In this document: positions 11,640-23,389 of the stretch, one piece after another
Layout of the letters: the number at the start of each line of letters is the position of its first letter
Position numbering within the stretch: position 1 is the first letter of the stretch
Origin: Octopus bimaculoides
Lineage: Eukaryota
Assembly: GCF_001194135.2 (NCBI RefSeq)
Contig: NC_069000.1
Location: 29,270,483-29,334,482 of the forward strand
Direction: 5' to 3'
Length of the DNA: 64,000 bases
The notes under the pieces: generated by a model
The model's database searches: none
What the model saw: only the letters and a program-made list of their open reading frames with translations
Told to the model about the DNA's origin: nothing
Position numbers and translations under genes: made by a program

Positions 11640-13360
11640 CCAGGTTGTCTACAGGGGAAGTGTATCAGCATTATAGTCAACTGCTACAAAGGCAAAGGTG
11701 ATGCCTTAGACAGAAATAATTACAGAAGCATCAAATTGCTGGACCAGGTGATGAAAGTCACTGAAAGGGTCATAGCTCAATTAATTAGGAAGAGAGTTAG
11801 CGTAGATGAGATGCAGTTCAGATTTGTGCCAGGTAGGAACATGATTATGCTATATTCCTGGTTAGGGAACTGCAGAAGAAGTATTTAGCCAAAATTAAAT
11901 CTCTGTATTTGGTGTTTGTTGACATGGAGAAAGCTTTTGACAGGATTCCCAGCTCTCTCATCTGGAGGTCAATACAGAAGCTAGGGATAGATGAGTGGTT
12001 AGAGAGAGCTGTATAAGTTATGTACAGGGATGTTGTTAGTAAAGTGAAGGTTGGCAATGAATTCAGTGTACAAGTAGGAGTTCACCAAGGATTAGTTCTC
12101 ATCCCCCTCTTCTTTCTCTTAGTCCTGGCTACCCCTGGAAGCTCCTCTACACTGATGACCTTGTTCTTATAGATAAATTACTACCTGGCATAGAGAAGAA
12201 ATTTCAGGTGTGAAAGAAATTTCAGGCTTGGAATCTAAGGGCCTTAGAGTTAATTTAGCAAAAACCAAAGTCTTAGTAAGTAGGAAAACAGACAAATCAC
12301 AAGTCCCTTCAGGGAGACGGCCCTACTCAATATATAAGAAGGCTGTTGGTAGAAACTCCATACATTGTACCCAGTGCAAGCTTCGGGCACATAAGAGATG
12401 TAGCAGTATCACAGTAAGGTTAACAGAGAAACTAGTCTTTGTGTGTGTCAAATGTGCGGGTACAATAAGCAGTGAAAATGTGCTGGCAATAGACTCCCTC
12501 AAATGCTCAACAGGATCAACAGCAGTAGTAGATAGCTTCTGTTACCTAGGTGACCAAGTTAGCAGCAAAGGAGGAATTTCTGAAAGTGTAGTTGCTAGAA
12601 TAAGAATGGGCTGGGTAAAGTTCAGAGAGTTTCTACCTTTGTTGATGACTAAGAGCATCTCCCTCAGAGTGAAAGGCAGATTGTATGATGCCTGTGTACG
12701 TACAGCTATGCTACATGACTGTGAAATGTAGGCTTTGACTACAGAGGACTTGTGAAGGCTTGAAAGAACTGAAGCTAGCATACTCCACTGGATGAGTAAT
12801 GTCATTGTGCACATATGACAGAAAATAAATGATTTAAGAGGAAAACTGGGTATAAGAGGCATCAAATGTTGTGTGCAAGAAGAAGACTGCACTATTTTGG
12901 TTATGTGATGCACATGGATGAGGACAGCTGCATAAAGAAGTGCCAAGCTCTAATTGTGGAGGAAACCTGCAGAAGAGGTAGACCCAAGAAGACATGGGAC
13001 AAAGTGGTGAGAAAGGATCTTGGGATGTTAGGCTTCACTGAGGAAACGACAAGGGTCCAGGAGTTGTAGCAATTTGCTGTACTTGAGAAGACGCAGCAAG
13101 CCAAGTAAAACCACTGTCACCCCTACATACAGGCTTGTCTTTTACAGGTGCAGGTGTCACATAAAATGCACTCATGCCAGTGCTGCATATACACACCTGT
13201 GCTAGAGGCATGTGAAAAGCACCCAGAACTCTGCAAACTGGCTGGCATTAAGGAGGGCATCCAGCTGTAGAAACCATGCAACAACAGACAAGTGAACTCT
13301 GGCCAGCTCCATGTCAAACTGTCCAGCCCATACTAGCCTGGAAAACGGATATTAAATGAT
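11640..13360 (+). mobile_element. RTE LINE, best-preserved copy (RT, internal Cys/His finger, 3' end and tail)
   Basis: FVDMEKAFDR, QVGVHQG, LLYTDDL, GLRVNLAKTK, FCYLG and RRRLHYFGYV motifs, with multiple frameshifts. Confidence 0.9.
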
Positions 13361-13376
13361 AATAATGATATATACA

Positions 13377-13595
13377 CATGAGGAGCTGCTGAAAAGTTCC
13401 TGGATTTGGGTAAAAGAAAATACAGGAGGATCAGTTAATTATGATTTTATTCACCTAATTCCCCTCTTTGAATCAAACATTTATTGCAGTGGTCCTTCAG
13501 TTCTTCTAAGTCCTGCAAAAGAACTTGGAAAGTTGGGCCTCCAACCAGGCCTTTTGCGATACTCATTAAGTCAGAAACTTTTCAGCACCCTCTTG
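13377..13595. mobile_element. Mariner-type MITE
   Basis: Imperfect TIRs catgaggagctgctgaaaagttcctg / cagaaacttttcagcaccctcttg, with TA at the right end. Confidence 0.6.
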
Positions 13596-13601
13596 TATAC
13601 A

Positions 13602-13636
<35 letters not shown>

Positions 13637-13699
13637 CACGATTTATTCATGGCCAGAGTTGTTCAAAAACTGAGGTACTACTGTGTATATATATACATA

Positions 13700-14105
13700 T
13701 ATATTAGTAGTAGTAGGCATCTGTTGGTCTCAAGAGGCCAGGGATCTGCACCTGAAGAAATCATGTCAGCTGTTGATGATGGTGCAGTGTCTGTTGTGGG
13801 TGTACAGGCCCACATGGGAATCGCACAAGTGTGCTTTTCTTTGGTGATGAGTTCCTGTTTTTTTTCCGCTCTCTTCATCCCCTTTTGCAGTGTGTCTCCA
13901 GTGTGGGCAATCATTTGCAGCCTCCTCCCATCTCAGGACGTCCAGATCAGTTCACTTATCTCAGCTCTACCATCACTGATGACCTCTCCCTTGACCCTGA
14001 GATCAACAGGCAAATTGGACAAGCATCCTCCACATTTGCCAAGCTCACAAAAGGAGTCTGAGAAAACAAAAAACTGGCTTCAAAACATCAAGATTGCTGT
14101 CTATA
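13700..14105 (-). mobile_element. 5'-inverted RTE (BovB-like) insertion
   Basis: Minus-strand 3' end (HVGLYTHNRHC-like zinc knuckle remnant and tail) fused at about 13940 to a plus-strand RT piece DQFTYLSSTITDDLSLDPEINRQIGQASSTFAKL. Confidence 0.7.
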
Positions 14106-14308
14106 AGTACGCTACTTTATAGTAGTCAGACATGAATATATATATATATATATATATTTATTTATTTATTTATGTGTTTCAGCCAAGTGGCTGCGGTCAT
14201 GCTGGTGCACCATATATATATATATATACATACATATATATATAATCGGTTTGCTTACTTAACCTCCTAGAAATAGCACCCAAATCTCCTTCAAATTACA
14301 GCCTACTA

Positions 14309-15427
14309 CCAGGTGAGTCAAAACTTTTTGAGGATTTTCACTGATGATCTTTGGCAACTTGTATCTCCATGCTATATCATTAATTTGATAAACTTGTTGT
14401 CCAATCATTGTTGATTTGTTTATTGTTTATTTTACAGCTTTGATAATGAGTGGTGAAAACAATTGCAATTAGAGCCATTTTTTATGTTGCCTGTGGAAAA
14501 ATGGTCTAAATGCAAAGGTAGCAGCAAAAGAAATTCAACAAACATGTGGTACAAGACTGCTTCAGACATTTCAAGGAAAGTGACAGTCTTGAACATAAGC
14601 CAAGGTCAGGGAGACCTGTTATGGAAGATGAGGCTTCACTTGAAATGGTTGAACAGCCAAGCACATGCACATTGTTGGCAGAACTTGGTCCTTCACAAAG
14701 CACATCCTCAACACTCCATAAGCTTGGCTTTGTGAAGAGATGTCGAGAAGCTCCTCATGAACTGACCAAGCTCAACAATGTGTGAACATTTGCAAACAAT
14801 TATTGGCAAATCTTCAAGATGCCCATTTTTGGTACCAAACTAGCAATGAAAAATGGATCTGTTTTTGTAATCCTAATACAAGAAATCAGTGGCTTCATTC
14901 CAGACAGACTTCAGAACCGGTTGTCAAACAAGGTCATGTGTGTTTGGTGGAATTTCAAAGGGATGTTGTACTTTGAGCTGTCCCAGATAGTCATTTTGTG
15001 AATGTTAATCTTTATGCTCAACATCTGCAGTGAGTATATGTTTTGAAAGCCTGCTACCCAGCACTGGTCAATTGGAGACATGCACTCCTACAACATGGCA
15101 ATGCCCCAGCACACACTGCCAATGTGACCAAGCACAAATTTGAGGGGATGTAAGTGCTGCTTCACCATGCCTACAGTTCAGACCTTGCACCTCTTCTGAG
15201 TCACAGCTCATTTCTTGCATGGACAGAGGTTCAATAAATGGATGCAGCGAGACTTTGCCTCTAAACCAGCCAGATAGTCTGAGTGTGAAATTGAGCTTCT
15301 GCAATAATGACGGCAGCAAAGAATAGAATATGACATATATTTTGATAAATAAACACTTTTTGTATGTAATTTGTCTGAACTATTAATTAAAGCTTGAAAT
15401 ACAAAAAAACTTTTGACCCCAACTTGG
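14309..15427 (+). mobile_element. Decayed mariner (DD34D-type) element
   Basis: TA-flanked imperfect TIRs ccaggtgagtcaaaac / ttttgaccccaacttgg. Transposase remnants KPRSGRP, NEKWI, MCVWW, NAPAHT and YSSDLAP. Confidence 0.85.
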
Positions 15428-15689
15428 TATCCTGAAAACAAAGGATAGATTCAGAGTGTGTAGTATCAAAAGAAAGAAAGAAAAAAGCATGTCATGGCTG
15501 GAATGCCTTTGGACATGTCTGCTAGAACTGAATTGGAGCAAAAGAACATCAATTGAAACTGCAGCCATGAAGAACCTAAAACAGTTAACCAATCCTAAAT
15601 AGTTCTATACTACCTAGTTCTGATATCTGTATTTTATAGTTAAATATTGGCACCCAATTAAGACACCATGGGCTAAACTGTGGTTTGTT

Positions 15690-17230
15690 ACAATAGTGAT
15701 GTTGATGTATGAGTGAGTAAAGCATAGGAACAGCAGTGAGTTTGAATGAAGTTTGGTGTGCATCAAAGGGTCAATATTAAACTAGCTGCTATTTGTAGTT
15801 ATGATGGAGGAGCTGGCTTGAAGCATAAAGGAGAGTTTAGCATGGCAGTTGCTATACTCAGGCAATCTAATGTTAAGAGTAGATAGTAAGGATGGATTGA
15901 AGTAGGAAATAAGAAGATGGAAGAAGTATGAGGAGGTAAAAGGTATGAAGGTAGATATGGAAAAGATGAAGGTGATAGCAAGTGATAAAGCATGTACTGA
16001 AGTGGATGAAAAAGGGAAGTGGTTGAGTGAGTGTAAAGGAGAGGTATTAGAGTAAACTTCAATAAATGTACAACATGCACTGCTGGGTTTGCTAAAAATG
16101 TAATGAAGTGTGAGAGTTATTAACTAATGGCGCAGGAGTGGCTGTGTGGTTAGTAGCTTGCTTACCAACCACAGGTTTCTGGGTTCAGTCCCACTGCATG
16201 GCACCTTGGGCAAATGTCTTCTACTATAGCCTCAGGCTGATCAAGAGTGGATTTGGTAGACAGAAATTGAAAGAAGCCTGTCATATATATATATGTGTGT
16301 GTGTCTGTGTTTGTCTCCCCAACATCACTTGACAACTGATGCTGGTGTGTTTACATCCCCGTAACATTAGTGATTCGGCAAAAGAGGCCGATAGAATAAG
16401 TACTAGGCTTACAAAGAATAAGTCCTGGGGTCGATTTGCTCACCTAAAGGCGGTACACCAGTATGACCAAAGTCAAATGATTGAAACAAGTAAAAGAATA
16501 AAAGAATAATGTAACAGCTACATTTAAGTGTGTAAGGTATGTAGAAAGGGATCTATAAAAGGGAAGGAATATTGAGCTGAATCTTGGAAATGGTATAAAA
16601 AAGTAATGTGTGAAAACATTACTACCTAGGAGATATGTTGAATGGAGAAGACACTTCAGACTTAGCAGCAGTTGCTAAGTGTGAAGTGAGATGTGCATGA
16701 AAGAAGTTCTGAGTGATATTAGCAATGAGGAGAGATGTGCACTGAAAGTAAAGGGAAAGGTTTATGTTGCATGTGTGAGGATATGAAAAGTGCTAGGATT
16801 TATGAGTGAGACATAGGTAATGAATGTAGAGTAACGCAGAAAGCTGGAAAGATGTTAAATTAGAAAGGTTCAGTGAATGAATAAAGTATGAGAGAGAGAG
16901 AGAGGACAAACAATAAATTGCACAAGATTATGAGATAAAAGCCAGTGATGGATGTGTAAAAAAAATGGGATGAATGGTTGGATTATAAACTGAGAGAGGA
17001 TGAAAGCAACTGAATGGGAGAAGTGATGAAAATGAACGTGAAAGGAAGTAGAGGAAGTGGGGAAGACTGAAAAAGACATGATTAATGATGATGATGATGA
17101 AGGAGGAAATGAAAGTAAGGAGATTCATGAGGTGGATGTAGAATACAGAGCTAAATGGAGGACAGTCAATGAGACCTGCAAAGCCAATACCTGCTTCTGC
17201 AGGGAAAATTGTTTTAAAACATGTTCTTCT
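15690..17230 (+). mobile_element. Decayed RTE-like LINE interrupted by a SINE
   Basis: YLGDMLNGE...KVKGKVYVACVR remnants. SINE inserted at 16129-16508. Confidence 0.6.
16129..16508 (+). mobile_element. Full-length tRNA-derived CORE-type SINE (octopus OR/OK-like)
   Basis: Head ggcgcaggagtggctgtgtggt, B box gggttcagtccc, accttgggcaa CORE-like block, (TG)n middle and aagaataa tail. The same family occurs at about 31626, 37790, 41040 and 52951. Confidence 0.85.
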
Positions 17231-17253
17231 TGTACTACACTCCAGAGTATATA

Positions 17254-18387
17254 CAGGGGTTGGACAAAATAATGGAAACACCTAGCACCATAATTTTGAA
17301 ATGTCTATAAAACCACAAAAAGCTTGGTTATTTTTATGTTTTTTTGATTTATTATTAGTGTTGCTTAATATGTTTTGCTAAAATTGCTGTTTCTTTTCAG
17401 ATATCATCAGAAAAAGGTAACTAAAATTCGTTAAAATGATAGATCTATTGGACTTTCAAAGAGCTCAAATTGTTGGTGCTTGCATGGCAGGTGCTAGCGT
17501 AACGAAAACAGCTGAAATGTTTGGTGTATCAAGAAGTACTGTTTTGAAAAGAAATGACAGCCTTTGAGAAAGAGGGAAAAACCTCCTCATTGAAACAAAA
17601 CTCTGGAAGAAAACCAAAACTTTCAGATAGGAACCATCGGACTCTTACACAAATTGTTAGAAAGGATCACCAAAGTACAGCTCCCAGAATTACTGCAGAG
17701 CTTAACGACCACCTGGATAACCCAGTTTCCACAAAAACTGTTTGCCGGGAGCTGCACAAAGCCGGATTTCACAGGAGGGCTGCAATCAGAAAACCATTAC
17801 TTTCAAAAACAAATGTTGCAATGCATTTAGAGTGGAGTTAAAACCTACAGTATTGGTCCCTAGAGCAGTGGAAGAATGTTATTTTCTCGGACAAGTCATC
17901 CTTNNNNNNNNNNNNNNNNNNNNNNNNNNNNNNNNNNNNNNNNNNNNNNNNNNNNNNNNNNNNNNNNNNAATTAATAGTCAAGACTATTTAAACATTTTA
18001 TCTGATCAAATTCATCCTATGGTTGCGGAACTGTTTCCGGAGGGAAATGCAATCTTTCAGGATGATAATGCACCAGCTAAAGTTGTTACTGAATGGCACA
18101 AGGAACATTCTAGTGAAGTTGAACATCTTATCTGGCCACCACAGTCCCCAGATCTCAATATTATTGAACATTTATGGTGCTTTTTAGAAAAACATCATCA
18201 CTACAAGAAATGGAGACTGTTTTAACTGAAGAATGGACAAAAATTCCTTTGGAAACAATTCAAACTTTGTACAAGTCCATACCTCGAAGTATTCAAGCTG
18301 TAATTACTGTCAAAGGCAGTCCTACCCCATATTAAAATTAATTTGTTTGAAATTTTAAGATGTTTCCATTATTTTGTCCAACCCCTG
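17254..18387 (+). mobile_element. Tc1-family transposon with frameshifted transposase (gap 17904-17969)
   Basis: Perfect 27-bp TIRs CAGGGGTTGGACAAAATAATGGAAACA (17254-17280 and 18361-18387) with TA duplication. Motifs SGRKPKL, FSD, FQDDNAP and WPPQSPDLNIIEHLW. Confidence 0.95.
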
Positions 18388-18540
18388 TAGCTAAAATACA
18401 AATACAGTAAATGCAATACTGGTGCCACGGTACCCAGTTAAGGTATTATATCACTGCTAATTAGTACCATATATACAAGAGCAAGAGCAACAAATGATAT
18501 ACATTAGTAGTAAGTTAGTGAATTTATTTAAAATTACATT

Positions 18541-18960
18541 TTACAAAATAGCATTTTTCTTCGATGGAACTGTCTCTTTAGTTTGTGATGATTCCTTTGC
18601 ATCTTTTTTCTCATTCTCAGGTTTCTTATTACGTTCAGGAGTGGCAAGATAACTGCCCCCTTCCCAAAGTCTTTTGTTCAAGAGTTGTGTAAGCAATGGA
18701 CATATATCCAGATATACAACTCTATCCTGATCATCAACATAAGCCTTGAGGAGAGAACGGACAACAGGAAGTTCCCACTCTTTCAGACCACTTCTGAAAT
18801 TCCTTAAAATGTACATCATTGTGTCCATATCACAGTATCCACTTTGTTCATCATCAAGTTCTGTAAATGCCACCATCAATTCATCGAATCGACTTGGTGG
18901 AAACAAATCATCTTTGCCATTAAGAGACTTGCTCATATCTTGATCTTTATAGTCAGGCAT
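18541..18960 (-). CDS. 139-aa EF-hand (calmodulin-superfamily) protein with degenerate EF pair and K/E-rich tail
   Basis: FDELMVAFTELDDEQSGYCDMDTMMYILRNF fits a helix-loop-helix EF pattern, followed by a second degenerate loop (YVDDQDRVVYLD). Uninterrupted ORF. AATAAA lies 12 nt after the stop (18528-18523). Confidence 0.7.
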   Translation of the reverse strand: MPDYKDQDMSKSLNGKDDLFPPSRFDELMVAFTELDDEQSGYCDMDTMMYILRNFRSGLKEWELPVVRSLLKAYVDDQDRVVYLDICPLLTQLLNKRLWEGGSYLATPERNKKPENEKKDAKESSQTKETVPSKKNAIL

Positions 18961-20757
18961 AACGCTTGAGGATTTAGACTATATCTAGTGAAATGGTTGA
19001 GAATCTCTGTACCAAATGACAGTAAATCTAATGAAATAGAGATTAAGATACTGAGGTAGTGACAGATGAAGTGGCTTGAAATTTCAAATGTTGAGGTAGT
19101 TAGTAATATGGTAAAATATTAGCAGTACAGAGATACTGCTGAAATGATAAAAAATATCATATTTTGGGTGAAAATTTGAAGTATTGAAGAATGTCAGAAT
19201 GGCTGAGGATCTGAGATACTGTTGTAGAACATAAATCACTCAGGATTTTAAGTACAATGTCAATATTGATGATGAAGAAATATTTAAAAATTCATTCTAT
19301 ACAAATTTTTTTGAGAGTTTTATGAAATTTGTGAAGTTTTCAGATGATAAAAATATATTATATTTGTAAAGTTTATAAAATATCAGACTGCATAGTGACT
19401 GAGATAGTTTTCTTAGCAAACATGTTTGATTATATTTCTGATATATTTGATTCTAGCAGATCTACAAAATTCAATCTTTAAAGACAAATGTCTTAAGACT
19501 TCTTGAAATGATATCAGTCTCGTTTAAAAGTATAGGTTTCAGTTTTCAATGGTTTGGATGAAATGGTTATGCTATTTTGTTCGTTTCTTCTTATTGATGG
19601 ATTAACTTCATCAGATTCTCAGGCAGGTTAAAATTAAAAGAATTTTGTTTTCTTTATCAAAAAGAAAAGTCTTCGATGTAGAAAGAAATCAAATGAAACA
19701 TGAATGGGATACACAAAACAAAACTGCTGATCTGTCATTGTTTCTAGTCATTTCATATTGGAGTTGTGGTGAATATGTTTAAGGGACAAAAACGCAGAAC
19801 TTGTTGGTTATGCATTGATAGTTTTTTTGGATGTCTCACAGTAATAACAACAAAAGCAATTGTCTTACAGTGGAAGACGCTAAACATTGGCAATTGGTTT
19901 GAAAGATGTTTCTGGAAAGTTTAAATAATACAGTATAGTATGGAATCATGGGATGGGCGGGTTGAGATAAGATTCTTTAAAATCAACCGTGGTAATGATA
20001 TTAGTTGCAGTGAGTTAAAAAAACATCTTTCTTCCGCCAGTTCTTCTTTTTCAGAAATGGAAGAGAAGCAATGATCGTTGTGTCTGTTGTTGTCACATCA
20101 TGGGCCTATAGTTGAAATATTAGGGAAAAAAAGGAAACACTGTAGTTAGTAAACAATAAAGTCAACACCAGCAATATATAACATCTCTCCCACCATCTCT
20201 CTCTCTCTCAAACAATTCATTTCTACCTTTTACCCTCCTTGTCTGGCTTTTACTGTCTCATTACCTCACTAGTTCTATTTCCTCAGACACATTTAGCACA
20301 GAATGTACACCATAATCTCTCATCCCTCACTCAATTAGAGAAACCTGAGGCTTTGTGCTTATGTGAAAAAACTTTACCATCTTTGCAGACTTTCTCCTCT
20401 CTTAGATTCAAATTCCACTATATCCAATGCTGTGCTCATAGGAAAGATATAGTTGTTGCTTGGCCTGTACCTCACCTGAATTTATAGACATAATGAATCC
20501 ACATAAAATCTTATCATCTTTCAACTATTATCATCGCTGTGACAAACACTACACCAAAATATTACCACCATACTTTTGCCACTATTCTAGTTAGACTCAT
20601 TAATGAAATGCAACTTCTACCATATCTTCTACCTATATTACTACTGCACTATAACTAGTACTCCACCTACTACAACAACCTCCACTAAACTGATATATTA
20701 TTACCAACAACACTACAAACATCTTATCACCACCAAATTTAAAACAGTTCAATGTTA

Positions 20758-21425
20758 CCAGAAGCACTCCAACATCACCAGAAACACTCCGACCTCACTG
20801 AAAACATTTCATCATCTCCAGAGACAGTCCATCCTCACCAGAGACATTCCAACCTCAGCATAAAAACTCCAGCTTCACAAGAGATACTCAAACCCCCCTA
20901 GAAACATTCCAGCATCACCAGATTATCACCAGAAACACCCCAACCTCACCAGAGACACTCAATTATCATCAGAAACACTCCCTTATCACCAGAAACACTC
21001 AATTACCATCAGAAACATTTCATTATCACTAGAAACACTCCAACATCACCAGAGACACTCCAATATCCCCAGGGACAATCCAACCTCACCAGAAACACTC
21101 CATTATCACAAAACCACTGCAACTTCACCAAAGACACTCCAACCTTACCAGAAATACTCCATTATCACCAGAAACACTCCAACTTTACCAGAGACACACC
21201 AACATCACCAGAAACACTCCAATCTCACCTGAGACACTCTAACATCACCAGAAACACTTCAAAGCACCCCAAGATAACCAGAAACAGTCCATCATCACTA
21301 GAGACACTGCAACCTCACAAGAAACATTCCAACATCACCAGAGACACTCAAACATCGCCAGAAACACTCAAAACATGACTAGAAACACTCCAACATCACT
21401 AGAGACACTCCAACATCATTAGAAA
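20758..21425. repeat. 20-bp minisatellite, consensus aacatcaccagaaacactcc, roughly 30 degenerate copies
   Basis: 20-nt periodicity visible directly in the sequence. Confidence 0.85.
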
Positions 21426-22067
21426 CCTCCAATGTCGCAATAAACACTTTAATACTAACACCATCACTCAAACAGTACCAGAAACATGTCAGTATCACTA
21501 TAAATACTGGGAAAAGGATTATTAACCCATTGATCGTTCGATGGCTATAGGAATAGCCCCTTCATCCAGTCCAAAACAAGAAACAAGGATAAACAACATA
21601 AAAAGCAGCTGAAGAAAGCTAGTAACAGAGCCCGTATGTGATCGCTCGACCTGCTAGAAACATCAGTAAAATCAGTCGCTAACAACACTCTTCTCTCTTA
21701 AAAAATAAGACACTTTGGATAATGTGGCTCGGGGACACTAAAAGAAGATGTGATGGTCATGGCTGGAAAACTATTAATTATAGGTCAGTTTGATCACGAC
21801 TGACTTGGAACTAAACAACACTACCACTTTCAATGATCTAATATCAGTTTAAGCACTCGAAGACACTATATATACTCCAATGCCACTAGAAACACCCTAA
21901 CACCATTATAAACAATTAAAAAAAAACAAGAGTGAAATAATATAATCGGTGTAGGAGAAAGAGAGGAGGAAGTTGTAAGGGTTGTGTGAAAACAAGAGAA
22001 ATAAAAGGTACAAGTGTATTGTTGATGTTGAATACATAATTATTGTGAAAGTTGTAAAGTATCTTAC

Positions 22068-22200
22068 CATTTGGTGTGATAATTTCTCAAGTGAGAGTTC
22101 TACATAAATATATTTAAATCAATAACACGTGTAGAGTGACGTTGTTGTTTTGCAATCTCTACTTCTACTCTACACTACTCGACCACTTACACATTCGTAA
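22068..22200 (-). promoter_or_regulatory. Candidate first exon ending ATG|GTAAGA within a locally CpG-enriched promoter-like region
   Basis: Canonical donor at 22067 immediately after an ATG. CpGs cluster at 22100-22600. The 5' boundary is unknown. Confidence 0.35.
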
Positions 22201-23389
22201 GCACACTTGTTTATGTATGTACATATATACACATGCACATCACACACATACACACACAAATACACACACACATACACACTCACGCATCTCACGTACAGAG
22301 ATATGCTGAGGCCTCTTACAACGCGCACAAATCTTTTCCCCTGAATGTCCATTGTCTTTGATGTTGTCGAAATGTAGAGTAGTGTTTTAAAGGTTATTAT
22401 TTTTATTATTAAAATATTTTGAATAAAATAATTATTTATCTTCTAATTTATCGATTACCTTGTATTTGTATTGTTTTATTATTATTTTCTATTATATATT
22501 ATATGACGAAGAATGAGTGGCGGCAGAGGAGAATGAAAAATAGATTGTTTGGTTGAAGTATCATGTATGTTTGTGCGTATGCATGCGAAAAAAAAATATG
22601 CATGCGTGTATTTATACATACATATAATTTGAATACGAAATTCGAAATTAATTCATAATTTTGTATTTAAATTATACCCACTCTATTATATTGAGTGTGC
22701 TCTTAATTTCTGCCTTTGGATAACCATGTATGTACATGCATGCATGCATACATACATACATACAGACATACAGACAGACAGACAGACATACATGCATGCA
22801 TACATACATACATATGTGTTTGCGTGATGATGATGATGATAATGATATATTTGTGTGTGTGTGTTATCTTCAGCTTTACTTTAAAGTTCACTTTCCATGC
22901 TTGCATGTGTCAGACGAAATTCTTTGATGCGGATTTTCCGTGGCCTTTCCCTCACATGTTTACACCTATTGTATGACGATGACACAAGTTTACAAATATC
23001 GAGCGATGTCCACACACAGATTCGCCATAATTCTTTAGGCTCAAATTAGGAATTACAAATTATAAGTATTAAACTGGGACAACTTTCAACTAAATGTTTG
23101 CCATTATAGGTATAGGTGTTGATGTGAAAAACTCTTATAACCTAATCCATTTTTATGTACAATGTGCATCCTTTCGTTTCCTAAAAAAGATTCTGAACTT
23201 TTAGAGAGTTAGAGTAGACATATTTACCTTTTCACTACATGGGAACAGTTTTCAAAACTAGTCAGTTTTGTATCATGTCAATTTCTTTTTTTTTCTCCTA
23301 CTTACTCTCCGAATAAGCTCAATTCTATTGTTTGTCTGTATGTAATAAGGCTGGTCAGCTGCTTTTAATATTTTATTGATAGAGAAAAA

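Noticed and set aside
20758-21425. Regular short repeats as a possible CRISPR-like array
   Set aside because: Contiguous degenerate units with no unique spacers, no cas genes, and a eukaryotic context.
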